Source of the DNA: a bacterium
GTDB taxonomy: Bacteria; UBA8248; JACPRG01; G963555815
Direction of reading: 5' to 3'
Assembly: GCA_965218795.1 (NCBI GenBank)
Contig: OZ244653.1
Location: forward strand, 1,984,001-2,048,000
Length of the DNA stretch: 64,000 nucleotides
Of the stretch, positions 29,549-40,261 are shown one piece after another. Made by a program: the position numbers and the translations under genes. Positions within the stretch are counted from its first letter, which is position 1. Each line of letters begins with the position of its first letter. Under the pieces are notes generated by a model. The model searched no databases. It was not told the DNA's origin and worked only from the letters and a program-made list of their open reading frames with translations.

Positions 29549-31867
29549 TTAGGGGTCGTCACGCGCCTTCAGCGCCTCTAACAGCTTCTCAGCCGTGATG
29601 GGCAGAGAGGTGATCCGAACGCCCGTGGCGTGATAGACCGCGTTGGCAATGGCCGCGGCGGTCGGGTCGATGGGCGTCTCGGAGCCCCCCTTCCCCCCGA
29701 AAGGCCCGTAAGGGTCGTCCGTTTCCACCAGAACGGTCTCGATGGGAGGGGAGCCTTCCGCCTTCGGAAGGGGATAATCGGCGAAGCTTCCGTTCACGAC
29801 CTCTCCCTGGTCATAGATCATTCTCTCGAACAGCGCCAACCCCATTCCCTGTATCACGGCCCCCTCCACCTGACCCTCCGCCGTCAACGGATTCAGCGCG
29901 CGCCCGATGTCGTCCGCTGCAACCAAACGCTGTACCTCAATTCGTCCGGTTTCCAAGTCCACCTCGACCTCGGCTACCTGCGCGGTGAACGTATAGGCTC
30001 CTGCCACGTTCCCGTATCGGGTCGAATCAGCCATGACCGAAGGCGGGTCATACGTTGCTCGCGCCAGGATGGGCTCCCAACCGGAGCGGCAGACGGAACT
30101 CTCCATCACCTCCTGTACGGAAATACCCTTTTCTTCAGTCCCCACGACGGAGACCTGTCCGTCCTGGATTTGAAGATCTTCCGGCGAAGCCTCCAGACGG
30201 GAGGCGGCCAGATTCAGGATTTCTTCTCTGGCCCCCCCTGCGGCCTTCCGAACGGCGTTCCCCGCGATGAAGGTGAGCCGGCTGGCCCGTGCACCGAAGC
30301 CCAGCGGCGTGTGATCGGTGTCCGCGGCCGAAAGCTCCACATCCTCGATACGAAAACCCAACTCTTCAGCCGCAATCATGGCCAGCACGGTATTCGCGCC
30401 CTGCCCGATGTCTCCTTCTCCGATGACCAGACACGCCCGGCCATCCTCCCGAATTCGAACCTCGGCATTGGCCCCGTCCCAATCCACGTGGACCCGGTTT
30501 CCGCTGACGTGAACGGCGCAGGCCATACCCCGCCCGCGCCGGATGGAAGATTGCCCGTCCGGCGATTCGCCGCCCGCCATCCGGCCTCCTCCCTCTGTGC
30601 CCCGCCATTGGCAGGCATCCGCCGCCTTTTGGATGCATTCGGATAAGCCGCAGCTCTTCATCTCCCAGCCGTGAATCGACGTCTCGCCCTGCCTGATGGC
30701 GTTTTTCAGGCGTATCTCGACGGGGGACATGCCCAAGGACTCCGCGACCTGATCAATACAGGCCTCCAGCGAAAAAACCATCTGGGGGTTTCCCATCCCG
30801 CGGAATGCGCCCGTCGGAAGGCGGTTGGTGTAGATCATCTGCGCCTCGGTTCTGAGCGATCCGAACCGGTAGCAGTTATCCATCCGCATACATGTGACGC
30901 TCAGGACCTTCTGGGTCCGCCCGCAATAGGCCCCCGCGTCTCCCTGAATGAACGCTTCTTTCGCGGTGAAGGTTCCGTCGGAGGAAGCCCCCAATCGCAG
31001 CCGGATGCGGTAGGGAACCCGCGGCCGGGAGGCCAGAAACTCCTCGGTCCGCGAGTTGTTCAGAAGAACCGGCCTGCCGGACGCTCGGGCCAGGAGAGCC
31101 GCAATCACGGTATTGGGCTCATCGACCATCTTTCCGCCGAACGCCCCGCCGACGGCCGGCTGGATGATTCGCACCCTAGAGGAAGGCACGCCCAGGGCTT
31201 CGGCCACGCGGTCCCGTGCGGGAAAGATGTTCTGAACGGGCGCGTGAAGGGTGATCTTTCCGGAAGGGTCCACCTCGGCGAGCGTCCCGATAGGCTCCAT
31301 ATAGGCGTGATGCTGCATCGAGGTCTCGAAAACATTCTCATAAACAGCAGCCGCCATTGTAAGCCCCGCCTCCGGGTCCCCTCGGAGGAAACTCATCCGA
31401 CGCGCGATGTTGCCGGGAGACCCTTCGTGCAGGACGGGCGCGCCTTCCGCAAGGGCCTCGTCAATATTCAAGACCGGGGCAAGGATTTCATACTCCACCC
31501 GGATGCGGTCGAGGGCCTCCATGGCCGCATCTTCGTCGTCGGCCGCGACGGCGGAGACCTCCTCTCCCGCGAAACGAACCTGACCGGCCGCCAAGGCGGT
31601 CTGATCCTTGATTTCGTGTCCCCAGCGAATCTGCGGGATGCTCTGCCAAGTGAGGACAGCCCGAACGCCCGGCATCCTTTCGGCCTCCCGGGTATCGATC
31701 CGGGCAATCCTCGCATGGGGATGAGGGCTCCGCAGCACTTTCCCGACGAGCAGGCGCGGCAGGCGGAGGTCGGCAACATAGGCCGCCATCCCCCGAGCCT
31801 TCGCCGGAGATTCCAGCGTCGGCATCGGCTTGCCGATCCAGCGAAAGTCTTCTCTCATTGCTTCCAT
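29549..31867 (-). CDS. Xanthine dehydrogenase-family molybdopterin-binding subunit
   Basis: RSPHPHA, GGAFGGK, AFRGMG, GQG, GQVEGAVIQG and GGKGGSE motifs. Confidence 0.93.
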   Translation of the reverse strand: MEAMREDFRWIGKPMPTLESPAKARGMAAYVADLRLPRLLVGKVLRSPHPHARIARIDTREAERMPGVRAVLTWQSIPQIRWGHEIKDQTALAAGQVRFAGEEVSAVAADDEDAAMEALDRIRVEYEILAPVLNIDEALAEGAPVLHEGSPGNIARRMSFLRGDPEAGLTMAAAVYENVFETSMQHHAYMEPIGTLAEVDPSGKITLHAPVQNIFPARDRVAEALGVPSSRVRIIQPAVGGAFGGKMVDEPNTVIAALLARASGRPVLLNNSRTEEFLASRPRVPYRIRLRLGASSDGTFTAKEAFIQGDAGAYCGRTQKVLSVTCMRMDNCYRFGSLRTEAQMIYTNRLPTGAFRGMGNPQMVFSLEACIDQVAESLGMSPVEIRLKNAIRQGETSIHGWEMKSCGLSECIQKAADACQWRGTEGGGRMAGGESPDGQSSIRRGRGMACAVHVSGNRVHVDWDGANAEVRIREDGRACLVIGEGDIGQGANTVLAMIAAEELGFRIEDVELSAADTDHTPLGFGARASRLTFIAGNAVRKAAGGAREEILNLAASRLEASPEDLQIQDGQVSVVGTEEKGISVQEVMESSVCRSGWEPILARATYDPPSVMADSTRYGNVAGAYTFTAQVAEVEVDLETGRIEVQRLVAADDIGRALNPLTAEGQVEGAVIQGMGLALFERMIYDQGEVVNGSFADYPLPKAEGSPPIETVLVETDDPYGPFGGKGGSETPIDPTAAAIANAVYHATGVRITSLPITAEKLLEALKARDDP

Positions 31868-31923
31868 CTTCTATTTGGGGATCCGGCGTGGAATCCCATT
31901 AAGCGGTTTCGAGTGCCCAACCG

Positions 31924-33039
31924 CTATGGGATGACAATCAGATCGTCGTTATGCGTCTGATCCGACAGGAGCTCACACCCGGTTTGCGTGACTGTCACCA
32001 TGTCCTTGCTCTGCAGACCGAAGCCTTTTCCGACGCCGTACACGAGCGGCTCGATTCCCAAAACCATGCCAGCCTCCAGCCGGCTGTCGGAATACTTTCC
32101 GAGATAAGGCTCTTCGTGCAGATGCAGCCCGATACCGTGTCCGACAAACGAAATGGGAGGGAGACCCAACTCCGCGAACTTGACGAGGAACGCTTCATAG
32201 ATCTCTTGCGTGCCGGCCCCCGGCTTGATCATGTCGATCACGAGATACTTGCATTCGATCAGGAGACGCCAGATATCCAGGGCCTCTTGCGAGGCCTTCC
32301 GGACAACCGCAGTCCGGCAAACGGCGGCGTGATACCCGGCGATGACCCCAAAGATTTCCACCCGGCAGAGGTCTCCGGGCTTCAGGACCCGATGCGACGG
32401 ACCCACGTTGGGATATTCGCTTCGCTCCCCGGTCGCAATGATCATCAACTTGAACTGCTCCGCGCCCCGAGCGTAAATGCCCCGGGTCAACGCCCCGGCC
32501 AGATCCATTTCCGTCATCCCGGCCTTCACAGAGCGGAGCGCCTCGCCGATGGCCTGATCGGTGATCCGCGACAGGTTGCGAATCAATTCGATCTCCCCCG
32601 GCGACTTGAGCTGGCGCAGGCGGTCATAGATACCGTCGGCGCCCTTGAATCCGGCGTTGGGCAAAAGGACCCTCAGCTCCTCGAAATCGCCGGCGGGCAG
32701 ATAGGCCATCTCGATCCCGACGGCGCTCTCGCTAAGGCCCATATCCTTAAGCAAAACGGCAAAACACTCCATCGCGGAATCGGTGAACTCCCCCCACACC
32801 CGAATCTCCACATCGCCGGCATGCATCCGGACCGTGCTCTCCTCCATGTCCACAGTCAGAATGGCCTCACGTCCATCCCGCGTGACGACCGCCATTGCAT
32901 GACGCCACCGCATCAACGGCTGAGAGGGTACAACGAATCCTGTCGTGTAGGCGAAGTTCTCCGGAGAGACAGCGACCATGGCCTCCAGACTCGCATCGGC
33001 CATCGCCTCCTGCTGACGCTTGACGACCTCTTTTCTCAC
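31924..33039 (-). CDS. M24/creatinase-fold hydrolase (Xaa-Pro peptidase family, non-canonical ligands)
   Basis: ENFAYTTGF, KSPGEIE, GHGIGL and GMVLGIEP motifs; GTG start after GAGGTG. Confidence 0.85.
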   Translation of the reverse strand: MRKEVVKRQQEAMADASLEAMVAVSPENFAYTTGFVVPSQPLMRWRHAMAVVTRDGREAILTVDMEESTVRMHAGDVEIRVWGEFTDSAMECFAVLLKDMGLSESAVGIEMAYLPAGDFEELRVLLPNAGFKGADGIYDRLRQLKSPGEIELIRNLSRITDQAIGEALRSVKAGMTEMDLAGALTRGIYARGAEQFKLMIIATGERSEYPNVGPSHRVLKPGDLCRVEIFGVIAGYHAAVCRTAVVRKASQEALDIWRLLIECKYLVIDMIKPGAGTQEIYEAFLVKFAELGLPPISFVGHGIGLHLHEEPYLGKYSDSRLEAGMVLGIEPLVYGVGKGFGLQSKDMVTVTQTGCELLSDQTHNDDLIVIP

Positions 33040-33056
33040 GGCGTCACCTCGGTCTC

Positions 33057-34145
33057 TCAACTCACAGCGGCCGCCAGCTCTTCGGGCGACATGCCGTCCA
33101 GCCCCATTCGGGAAAGATTGAGGCCGGTCACCCGATAATCGGTGTCCATGGCGATGGAAGCCAGGGTGATCATGCTGTCCATCGCAGGCGTGGGGACGCC
33201 GACGAGCCGCCCGAACTCGGACATCGGGACCAGTCCGTACCCGGTGTCTTCGTGAATGTAACGATGATCCAGGGAAGGTGGCGACTTGATGGTCTTGTTC
33301 GGTTCGCTGTTCAGCATGGCCTGATAGACGGAACGCGTCTGCCTCGCCTCCTCGGTCGTCAGGCCCGCCTCGCAAAAGTAATCGATGAACGGCGGAACGT
33401 TCAGGCCAAGCCGCGCAACGATCTCCAATCGCTCGGCGTCCACCGCCTCGATGACCTTGGCGACCGAGGGGGTGATCGACTCCTTGTAAAAAAGCAGGTC
33501 GCCTCCGGTGAACTCGATCCAACCCACGTTCATCAGCATGCCGGGCGGATGGATCACGGCGTTGATGTTGATCAGACCTGTCTCCAGAACGTTCGATGCC
33601 GATCTGAGATTCGGAAAGAGCGGATGCAGGAGATCGATCAGTTCGCCGGTCCGGGATGCCGGCAGGGCGGCGAACCGCAGATTTGCCGTTTCCCGGTAAA
33701 CACCGACCGTCGAAGCACCCTCCATGCGGCAGATATACGTCAATGTGACGGATTCGCAAAGAGGGACGCTCGATCCATGGGCGGCGCGAAGCGAGGCCTG
33801 GAAGTGAAGACCCCCACCGGTATGCCCTGGGTTTAGGTAGACAACTTGATCAGGCTTCAGGAGAGGCGCCAGAGCGCGAGCGTATCCTTCATGGGCGACC
33901 GAAGGGACGGCCAACATGATCAGGTCCGCGCCGGTCGCGACCTCCGTCAAATCAGCGGAAACGACCGCGGGAATTTCCGTTCCGTCATAAGCCCCCTGGA
34001 CCGTAATCCCCCCCCGAAGGGAGGCCAGACGCTCCTCGGAGCGGCTGTGCAAACGGACCTCGTATCCTTTCAGGGTCAGAATCACGGCCGCTGCCGCGCC
34101 TCCGTGACCGGCCCCCAAAACAGCGACGGATCGAATCTCACTCAT
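33057..34145 (-). CDS. NAD/NADP octopine/nopaline (opine) dehydrogenase family protein
   Basis: GAGHGG, NPGHTGG, NAVIHP and HRYIHEDTGYGLVP motifs. Confidence 0.92.
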   Translation of the reverse strand: MSEIRSVAVLGAGHGGAAAAVILTLKGYEVRLHSRSEERLASLRGGITVQGAYDGTEIPAVVSADLTEVATGADLIMLAVPSVAHEGYARALAPLLKPDQVVYLNPGHTGGGLHFQASLRAAHGSSVPLCESVTLTYICRMEGASTVGVYRETANLRFAALPASRTGELIDLLHPLFPNLRSASNVLETGLININAVIHPPGMLMNVGWIEFTGGDLLFYKESITPSVAKVIEAVDAERLEIVARLGLNVPPFIDYFCEAGLTTEEARQTRSVYQAMLNSEPNKTIKSPPSLDHRYIHEDTGYGLVPMSEFGRLVGVPTPAMDSMITLASIAMDTDYRVTGLNLSRMGLDGMSPEELAAAVS

Positions 34146-34146
34146 T

Positions 34147-35307
34147 TCATTCCACCCTGTATTTGCCGATCTTCCCCTCGTCCACGTCGATTCCCATTCC
34201 GGGCCCTTCCGGAACAGCGATGGAGCCGTCTTCAAAGACCATCGGCGCCTCGATGAGATCATCCGTGTAATAGATTCCGGCCACCTGGCCCCGTTGCGCC
34301 TCGGCCGGCGTCGAAACCGGCACGACACACGAGAGGGTGACGGCGGGAGCCGCGGCCGCCAGGTGAAGGTTGGCCAGATTACCGACGCCCGTCTCCACCG
34401 ATCCGTTGAGGTTGCAGGGAAATCCCGCCGCGCGGGCCACGGCGGCCACCTCCAAGCCCGGATGCAAGCCCCCGGGCTTGGTCGTATAGATGGAAATGAT
34501 ATCAGCCGCACGACGCTCGAAAATCTCCAAGACGTCCTGCGGGGTCCAGGCGCTTTCATCCGCCATGACAGGGGTATCGAGGGCTTTGGCGACCTCGGCG
34601 ATGCGGAGAAGTCCCTCGACGGGCTGCTCGGCGTATTTGAGCCGGCAGGGTTCCATGGCTTTGAGGGTTTGGAGGGCTTCCCCGGGACTCGAATAACCCT
34701 GGTTGGCGTCGACGCATAGCTCTGTTTCGTCGCCCACGGCCTCTCGAACCCGGTGGACGAGCTCGATGTCGCGCCGAGGCTCGACGCCGACTTTGAGCTT
34801 GATGGTCCGGATCCCTTCCCGCACCACCTGCCGACACTCGGCAACCGCTTCATCCATTGGCAGAAGACCGATGGAATGCGTCACGGGAATCCTGTCCCTG
34901 ACCTTGCCTCCGAGCAGCTGATATACGGGTACGCCCAGGGAGCGACCCGCGAGGTCATATGCGGCCATCTCGACACAGGCCTTGGCATAAGGATACCCGC
35001 GAACCGCGTTGTCCATGCGTTGGTGAAGGCCGGCGATGTTCTCCGCGTCTCTTTCCATGACTGCCGGGGCCAGATAATTTTCAACGACATATTTCGTCGT
35101 ACCGGCCGACTCGCCGAAGTAACGTCCGTAGTCCCCCGCCCAGTCCTTGAGCGCGGGGGACTCTCCCCACCCGATTGTGCCGTCATCACCCGTCATCTTG
35201 ACCAGTAGATAGCCACCGATGGTCCCCTCCTTCAATCCCTGCCATTTGTGAACACGCCGGGTGGGAAGGGCTACGTGTATCGTTTCAATCCGTTGAATTT
35301 GCACCAT
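34147..35307 (-). CDS. Enolase superfamily, muconate-lactonizing/racemase subgroup
   Basis: KLKVG, DANQG, EQP, DES and PEGPGMG motifs. Confidence 0.92.
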   Translation of the reverse strand: MVQIQRIETIHVALPTRRVHKWQGLKEGTIGGYLLVKMTGDDGTIGWGESPALKDWAGDYGRYFGESAGTTKYVVENYLAPAVMERDAENIAGLHQRMDNAVRGYPYAKACVEMAAYDLAGRSLGVPVYQLLGGKVRDRIPVTHSIGLLPMDEAVAECRQVVREGIRTIKLKVGVEPRRDIELVHRVREAVGDETELCVDANQGYSSPGEALQTLKAMEPCRLKYAEQPVEGLLRIAEVAKALDTPVMADESAWTPQDVLEIFERRAADIISIYTTKPGGLHPGLEVAAVARAAGFPCNLNGSVETGVGNLANLHLAAAAPAVTLSCVVPVSTPAEAQRGQVAGIYYTDDLIEAPMVFEDGSIAVPEGPGMGIDVDEGKIGKYRVE

Positions 35308-35464
35308 GTGGATGATCCGTTCGGGAAAGTTATCCTTTCCTCATTCAGGAGACGACGGACCCGGCTTGAGCGGGATTCAATCGGTCCGCGGCCGGCGGAC
35401 GTCAAACGTACAATTCGAGATTAACCAATCCCCGGCAACAGTGTCAAAACGAACGCCTGGCCGG

Positions 35465-37180
35465 TCAATCCCCCACGGCGGCTGGTTCGCAAACCATCTC
35501 TCCGTCTTCCCCCCGGTACAGGCAGGTCAACCGCTCCCATTCGGGGTACGTATCCGGGTGATCCAGTCTGTAATGCGCCCCCCGGCTTTCGTTTCGCAAT
35601 AATGCGGAAGATGCCACCATCCGGCCCACCAAACCCAGATTACGGGTCTCAATGGCCCACCGGACAGCCTGAAATCGGGCCGACGGGCCCATCGAATTCA
35701 ACTCGCACTCCGGCGCGAGAGTCATTTGATTCGATATCAATTCCTGGATTTCATCCAATTTGCCCAACGCCGTTTCCAATCCCGGCCCCTCACGGATGAC
35801 GCTCATCTCCGCCTGGGCCAGATCGCGGATCCGTTCTCTCAGATCCTCAACGGGCATTCCCTTCCTTCGGTCCCATACGGAGGCAAGCCACTCCACTCCC
35901 TCTATCCCCTGATCGGCCGCGGTGTGCCCGGGCGCATCCAACGTCCGGGCGCGTTCGGCCGCCGCCTTTCCCGCCCGCCAGCCGAAGACCATAGCGGCCG
36001 AGAGCGCGCTTCCGCCGATACGGTTGGCGCCGTGGATACCGCTGGCGTTGTCCCCGGCCGCAAACAGACCGGGGATATTCGTTTCTCCGTTGATATCGAT
36101 TCGGGCCCCTCCCAGCCAGGTGTGGGAGCCGGGCGCCAATTCCTGCGGCTGTTTCGTCAAGTCGATACCCTGGTTCCTGTACTGGCGATAGATATGGGGC
36201 GCGTACTTGAGAATCCTCTCCAGCGGAAGGTGAGTACTGTCCAGGAGCACCCCCCCCGCTTCGGTCCCTCTCCCCTCCCGGATTTCCATGGCCATAGCGC
36301 GGCAAACCTCCGCGCGGCTCGCCTGTTCCGCCGTTCCAGGAAAATAGCGTTCCATGAAGGCCTCGCCCCCGGAATTCCTGAAAACGCCACCCATGATGAT
36401 GAAGCCCGTCGGGTGCGGCGCAAACCCCCTCATCTTCTCGGGTGCGACGCAGAGGGGCTGGAAATCGACCATCTCGAGGTTGGACAGCCTTACGCCCGCG
36501 CGATAAGCCGCCGCGTACCCATCTCCGGTGATGAGGGGCGGATTGTCGTGAACGTGATAGAGAGCTGAACCCCCGCCCGCCGCAAGGACCACGGCTGCGG
36601 AGTCGACAATCCACCACTCACCCCGGTCGTAGTTCCATAGCAAAGCTCCGGTGCAGGCATCGTCGGAAACGATCAAATCCAATAAGCAGGCCTGCTCGAG
36701 ACGCTCGATCCCGGTCGTCCTTTTCACTTTCGAAGAGAGGCACTTCATCACCGCGACGCCGGTGTGGTCGCGATTGTGCAGGGCCCGCGGATAGGTGTTT
36801 TTCGGCATCTCCTTCTGCTGAAAATCGCCACCCTCCCGTACAAGCTCCAGCGCCCAAGACTCCATGTCTCTGACGAGAGGAACGATGTCTCGGGTCCAGA
36901 CCCCGGTGAGCTTGCGGCTGTTGAGTCCGCCGCCGTTCCGTAGAACGTCTTCCGCGTGGCCCTCGGGACTATCGCGAGCATCGCGAATCGCCAACGCCGC
37001 GCCGAATCCTCCACGGGCCATTCCGGATACGCCGCTCGGTACGCGGCCCTTGGTCGCCAGAAGCACGTTCGCACCGGCCAGGGCGGAGGAAATGCCCGCC
37101 AGACACCCCGCGGCTCCGCCTCCGATGACGAGCACGTCCACTCGCCTCCGGATCATCGGCTGCTCAAACAGGGTCGACAT
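35465..37180 (-). CDS. FAD-dependent SdhA/FrdA/NadB-like flavoprotein
   Basis: GGGAAG, TGDG, EMVDFQP, HTWLGG, HGANRIGG and ESRGAHYR motifs. Confidence 0.9.
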   Translation of the reverse strand: MSTLFEQPMIRRRVDVLVIGGGAAGCLAGISSALAGANVLLATKGRVPSGVSGMARGGFGAALAIRDARDSPEGHAEDVLRNGGGLNSRKLTGVWTRDIVPLVRDMESWALELVREGGDFQQKEMPKNTYPRALHNRDHTGVAVMKCLSSKVKRTTGIERLEQACLLDLIVSDDACTGALLWNYDRGEWWIVDSAAVVLAAGGGSALYHVHDNPPLITGDGYAAAYRAGVRLSNLEMVDFQPLCVAPEKMRGFAPHPTGFIIMGGVFRNSGGEAFMERYFPGTAEQASRAEVCRAMAMEIREGRGTEAGGVLLDSTHLPLERILKYAPHIYRQYRNQGIDLTKQPQELAPGSHTWLGGARIDINGETNIPGLFAAGDNASGIHGANRIGGSALSAAMVFGWRAGKAAAERARTLDAPGHTAADQGIEGVEWLASVWDRRKGMPVEDLRERIRDLAQAEMSVIREGPGLETALGKLDEIQELISNQMTLAPECELNSMGPSARFQAVRWAIETRNLGLVGRMVASSALLRNESRGAHYRLDHPDTYPEWERLTCLYRGEDGEMVCEPAAVGD

Positions 37181-37182
37181 CT

Positions 37183-38466
37183 TTAACGGTTCACCCGGAT
37201 CTCTTGGAAAAGCAGGGTCGCGTGTTCAACCAGAGATTCCGCAAAGGAGGGGGCGTTGATGTGAGCGTCCACCTCGTGGATTCGTCCCACGTGAAGCTCA
37301 GCCGTCAATGCTTCCACAAAGGCCCGGTCCGCCTCGGAGTCGTGCCAAGCAGCTTTCGGGCTCCCTTGATAGGGAGAGACCTCCGGACCACCCGCGCGGT
37401 CCAGCAGCGAAAACCCGCGCATCGGGATAACGACCTCCACGGGACCGCGGGACGTGTTCAGTTTTCGGGCCATCAAGCTCCCGAGCCTGCGGAACTCATC
37501 CGCACTGGCCCGCATCAAAACGATGTCCGCGTTGTAGTGGTGAAGAATGCGCTTCCCATACTTCGCCACCGGGAATTCCTTCACCCAAAAATTCACGAGA
37601 TCCAAGGCACCCGGAACCACAATCTGGGGAAGACCGGCCAACCCTGCGGCCTCCAGCCTGGCGGGTCCCGCCGAAAAACTCGCGCCCAACATCTCGTCGG
37701 TGAGCTCACTGGTCGTCAGATCGATGACTCCATCAAAGACCCGTCGTGCGGCCAGGTCTTCCAGCGCGCGGCCACCCGGCCCGCTGGCATGAAAAAGCAT
37801 CACCTCATAACTCCGAGCTTCCAATCTCGATTTCGTCGCGTCCACACATGGCTGGGTCACACCAAAAGAAGTCATTGCCACCAGTGGTCTCGATACTGAA
37901 TCCGGCTCCCTTCTGATTCTGGCCATTCCCACGACAGCGCCGACAGCAGACGCAAAAATCCTTCGCGTCACCCGGTTCAGGGACAAATCGCCAACCGAAG
38001 AGATCATGGCGATGTCGCTGGCGCCTATGTAATGGGATACCTGACCGGACGCCATGGCTGAAACCATGACCTTCGGGAACCCGAAAGGAAGCGCACGCAT
38101 GACGCCGGTCGCCATCGTTGTTCCATTGGCGCCGCCCAAACCCAGGATTCCCTGAACTTCGTCCTTTTCCACCCATTCCCCAACAATTCTTGACGCGCCC
38201 TCAATCATCACCTTTGCAGCGTCCTGCCGGCCGAGGCCGTGTAAGGCGTCCAGACTTGCGCCGGCCCGTTCGGCAATCTCTTTCGGGAGGACATCCGCCT
38301 CTCCGGTTCCGTCACCCCGCAGACTCACATCCAACACCCTGACCTTTGCGCCCCCCTCCTCCAGGAGCGAGCGGACATAGGCATACTCGGGCATCTTCGT
38401 GTCAAGGGTTCCAATCAAAACAATCACGCCTTGCCCAGGACCCACTGAATTGATTTCTCCTCGCAT
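37183..38466 (-). CDS. UPF0261/Tm-1-like ATP-binding domain protein
   Basis: GTLDTK, GLGGANGT, LPFGFPK, FHASG, DLTTSE, PGALDLVNF and HINAP motifs; start uncertain. Confidence 0.9.
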   Translation of the reverse strand: MRGEINSVGPGQGVIVLIGTLDTKMPEYAYVRSLLEEGGAKVRVLDVSLRGDGTGEADVLPKEIAERAGASLDALHGLGRQDAAKVMIEGASRIVGEWVEKDEVQGILGLGGANGTTMATGVMRALPFGFPKVMVSAMASGQVSHYIGASDIAMISSVGDLSLNRVTRRIFASAVGAVVGMARIRREPDSVSRPLVAMTSFGVTQPCVDATKSRLEARSYEVMLFHASGPGGRALEDLAARRVFDGVIDLTTSELTDEMLGASFSAGPARLEAAGLAGLPQIVVPGALDLVNFWVKEFPVAKYGKRILHHYNADIVLMRASADEFRRLGSLMARKLNTSRGPVEVVIPMRGFSLLDRAGGPEVSPYQGSPKAAWHDSEADRAFVEALTAELHVGRIHEVDAHINAPSFAESLVEHATLLFQEIRVNR

Positions 38467-39070
38467 CCTTTCAAACGAGAGGGATACGGAATCTTGAGCA
38501 GGACGGAAGCTATCGTGCCTCCAAACCTCTGACCTCAAATTCACCAGATGCCGTTGAGGCTACTCAAACGCCCGGTCCTTCGTCAAACGCACGCCCATCA
38601 CCCCCGCCCCTTCTCTCCTCCCCCGCGAACGGCGGACGAGGGATGGAACGTTCGATCCAGAAATCATGAAAATCAGGACACCGTTTCGCCCTCACAACGC
38701 CCGACCCAATTATCAACAAGAAGAAAGACGGCGCCCTCTGAAGGCGGCAGAGCAGGCCTGTTTCGAAAGAAGATGACTTTTTGCGACAGGCAATAGGGAT
38801 TGGATGAAAGCCGTTGAAACTTTTTTGCAACTGAATCATACTGTTGCGGGAGTCGGACTGCGCTGGGCACAGGGAAGTCGTTGGCGGGTTCCGGGTCCCC
38901 CCGGAACTTGGAATCAATAGTCCCTTTTCCATGGCCGGCTTCTTTCTTTACCTTGAGAGCCATCCGTCTGCCCTCTCCAAATCCCTTTTCGAGAATCCTT
39001 GGAGCGGCAGGACTGTCGCGACCGTTGGGGAAAATCGGGTCTGGCAACCATTCCCATAAAGACTCCTTCC

Positions 39071-39745
39071 ATGTCCGATCGGAAAGCAGAGGAACCATCC
39101 TGGCTGGACCTCATTGTATCGATGTTCCACCGTTTGAATCAGGATCACTTTCATTCTTCCATCCCGCTTCCGAAGTTCCGACTGAGCCGGAGGATGACAA
39201 CCAGCGCAGGATCCGTTCTCTATGGGACGAACCGCCACACGATGACAATCTCCATCCCTTACCACGACCATTTCGGCTGGGGGGAAGAGTTGGTCTCCAC
39301 TCTGAAACACGAGATGATTCACTTATACCTCGAGAGAAATCACGGAATCCGCGGGCACGGGAGTCTGTTCTCAAAGTATTGCAAAATGCTCGGGACCGAA
39401 CGCTTTTGCAGAACCCGCCCGGAGAGAGGTCCCGTTTATCTATACACCTGTCCCCATTGCGATGCGGAGTACACATATCGGCGAAAGGTCAGGCTTTATT
39501 GCGGACATTGCCACCGGAAGGGAGGCTTCATCGCTCGACGCCTTCGCCTGACAAGCACGGTCCATCCATCGACGGAAGCGGCGGAAGCAGGCCAACCTGC
39601 ACCCAGTCTCACCAATTTGACGCCTCGAAGGGGCAAACAGTTGTTTCTACCCGGACTGGAAGTTTATCTTCCCATCCAGCAAGCAGCCCGAGACCGAAAA
39701 GAGCGGTCCTTCGATGACCGGGTTGCATCGACGCCCGAAGAATGA
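39071..39745 (+). CDS. SprT-like zinc metalloprotease with Zn ribbon
   Basis: RMTTSAG, LKHEMIH, HG..F and CPHC..CGHC motifs. Confidence 0.85.
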   Translation: MSDRKAEEPSWLDLIVSMFHRLNQDHFHSSIPLPKFRLSRRMTTSAGSVLYGTNRHTMTISIPYHDHFGWGEELVSTLKHEMIHLYLERNHGIRGHGSLFSKYCKMLGTERFCRTRPERGPVYLYTCPHCDAEYTYRRKVRLYCGHCHRKGGFIARRLRLTSTVHPSTEAAEAGQPAPSLTNLTPRRGKQLFLPGLEVYLPIQQAARDRKERSFDDRVASTPEE

Positions 39746-39808
39746 AGGCGATCCAGTGTCTGCATTGACCCATTCTGTCCTAAGTCGCCCCTCCCGCACC
39801 CCTAACGC

Positions 39809-40261
39809 TTGAGTCCTCTTCTGAACCCGAAAGAAGAGAAGTTCCTGAAGTCGGCTCGCGTCGCCCGTCTCGCGACGGCCGATGCGGAAGGCCGACCGTC
39901 AGTGGTGCCCGTTGTGTTCGTCCTGGAGCGAGGGGAGATCTACGTACCCATCGACGGCAAACCGAAGAAGGACCCCCGCAGGCTCCGGCGGCTCCGAAAC
40001 ATCCGGGAAAATCCGATCATCGGTTTCCTTGTGGATCGTTATGATGAAGACTGGTCGAAGCTGGCGTTCCTGCACATTCGGGGAAAGGCGAGCATCCTGA
40101 CTGAGACGGGGGCCACACCCGCGGAAAGAGACGAACTCGAGCGCTGCGATCGGCACTTCAGAAAAAAGTATGCCCAGTATGAAACGGTCCCCCTCGGAGA
40201 GCCGGAGAGGGTCATGATCCGCATTACGCCCCAAAGCTCCACCTTCTGGGAAAACCCGTGA
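39809..40261 (+). CDS. PPOX-class (probably F420-dependent) oxidoreductase, TIGR03668-like
   Basis: ARVARLAT, IDGKPK, LRRLRNIRENP and DRYDEDWSKL motifs. Confidence 0.88.
   Translation: MSPLLNPKEEKFLKSARVARLATADAEGRPSVVPVVFVLERGEIYVPIDGKPKKDPRRLRRLRNIRENPIIGFLVDRYDEDWSKLAFLHIRGKASILTETGATPAERDELERCDRHFRKKYAQYETVPLGEPERVMIRITPQSSTFWENP

Noticed and set aside
31924-34853. Apparent N-terminal fusions in the 611-aa and 598-aa ORFs
   Set aside because: The extensions overlap upstream genes out of frame; the likely starts are 33039 and 34145.
38564-38960. Short ORFs between the UPF0261 and SprT genes
   Set aside because: Conflicting frames and no recognisable domain; probably a divergent promoter region.
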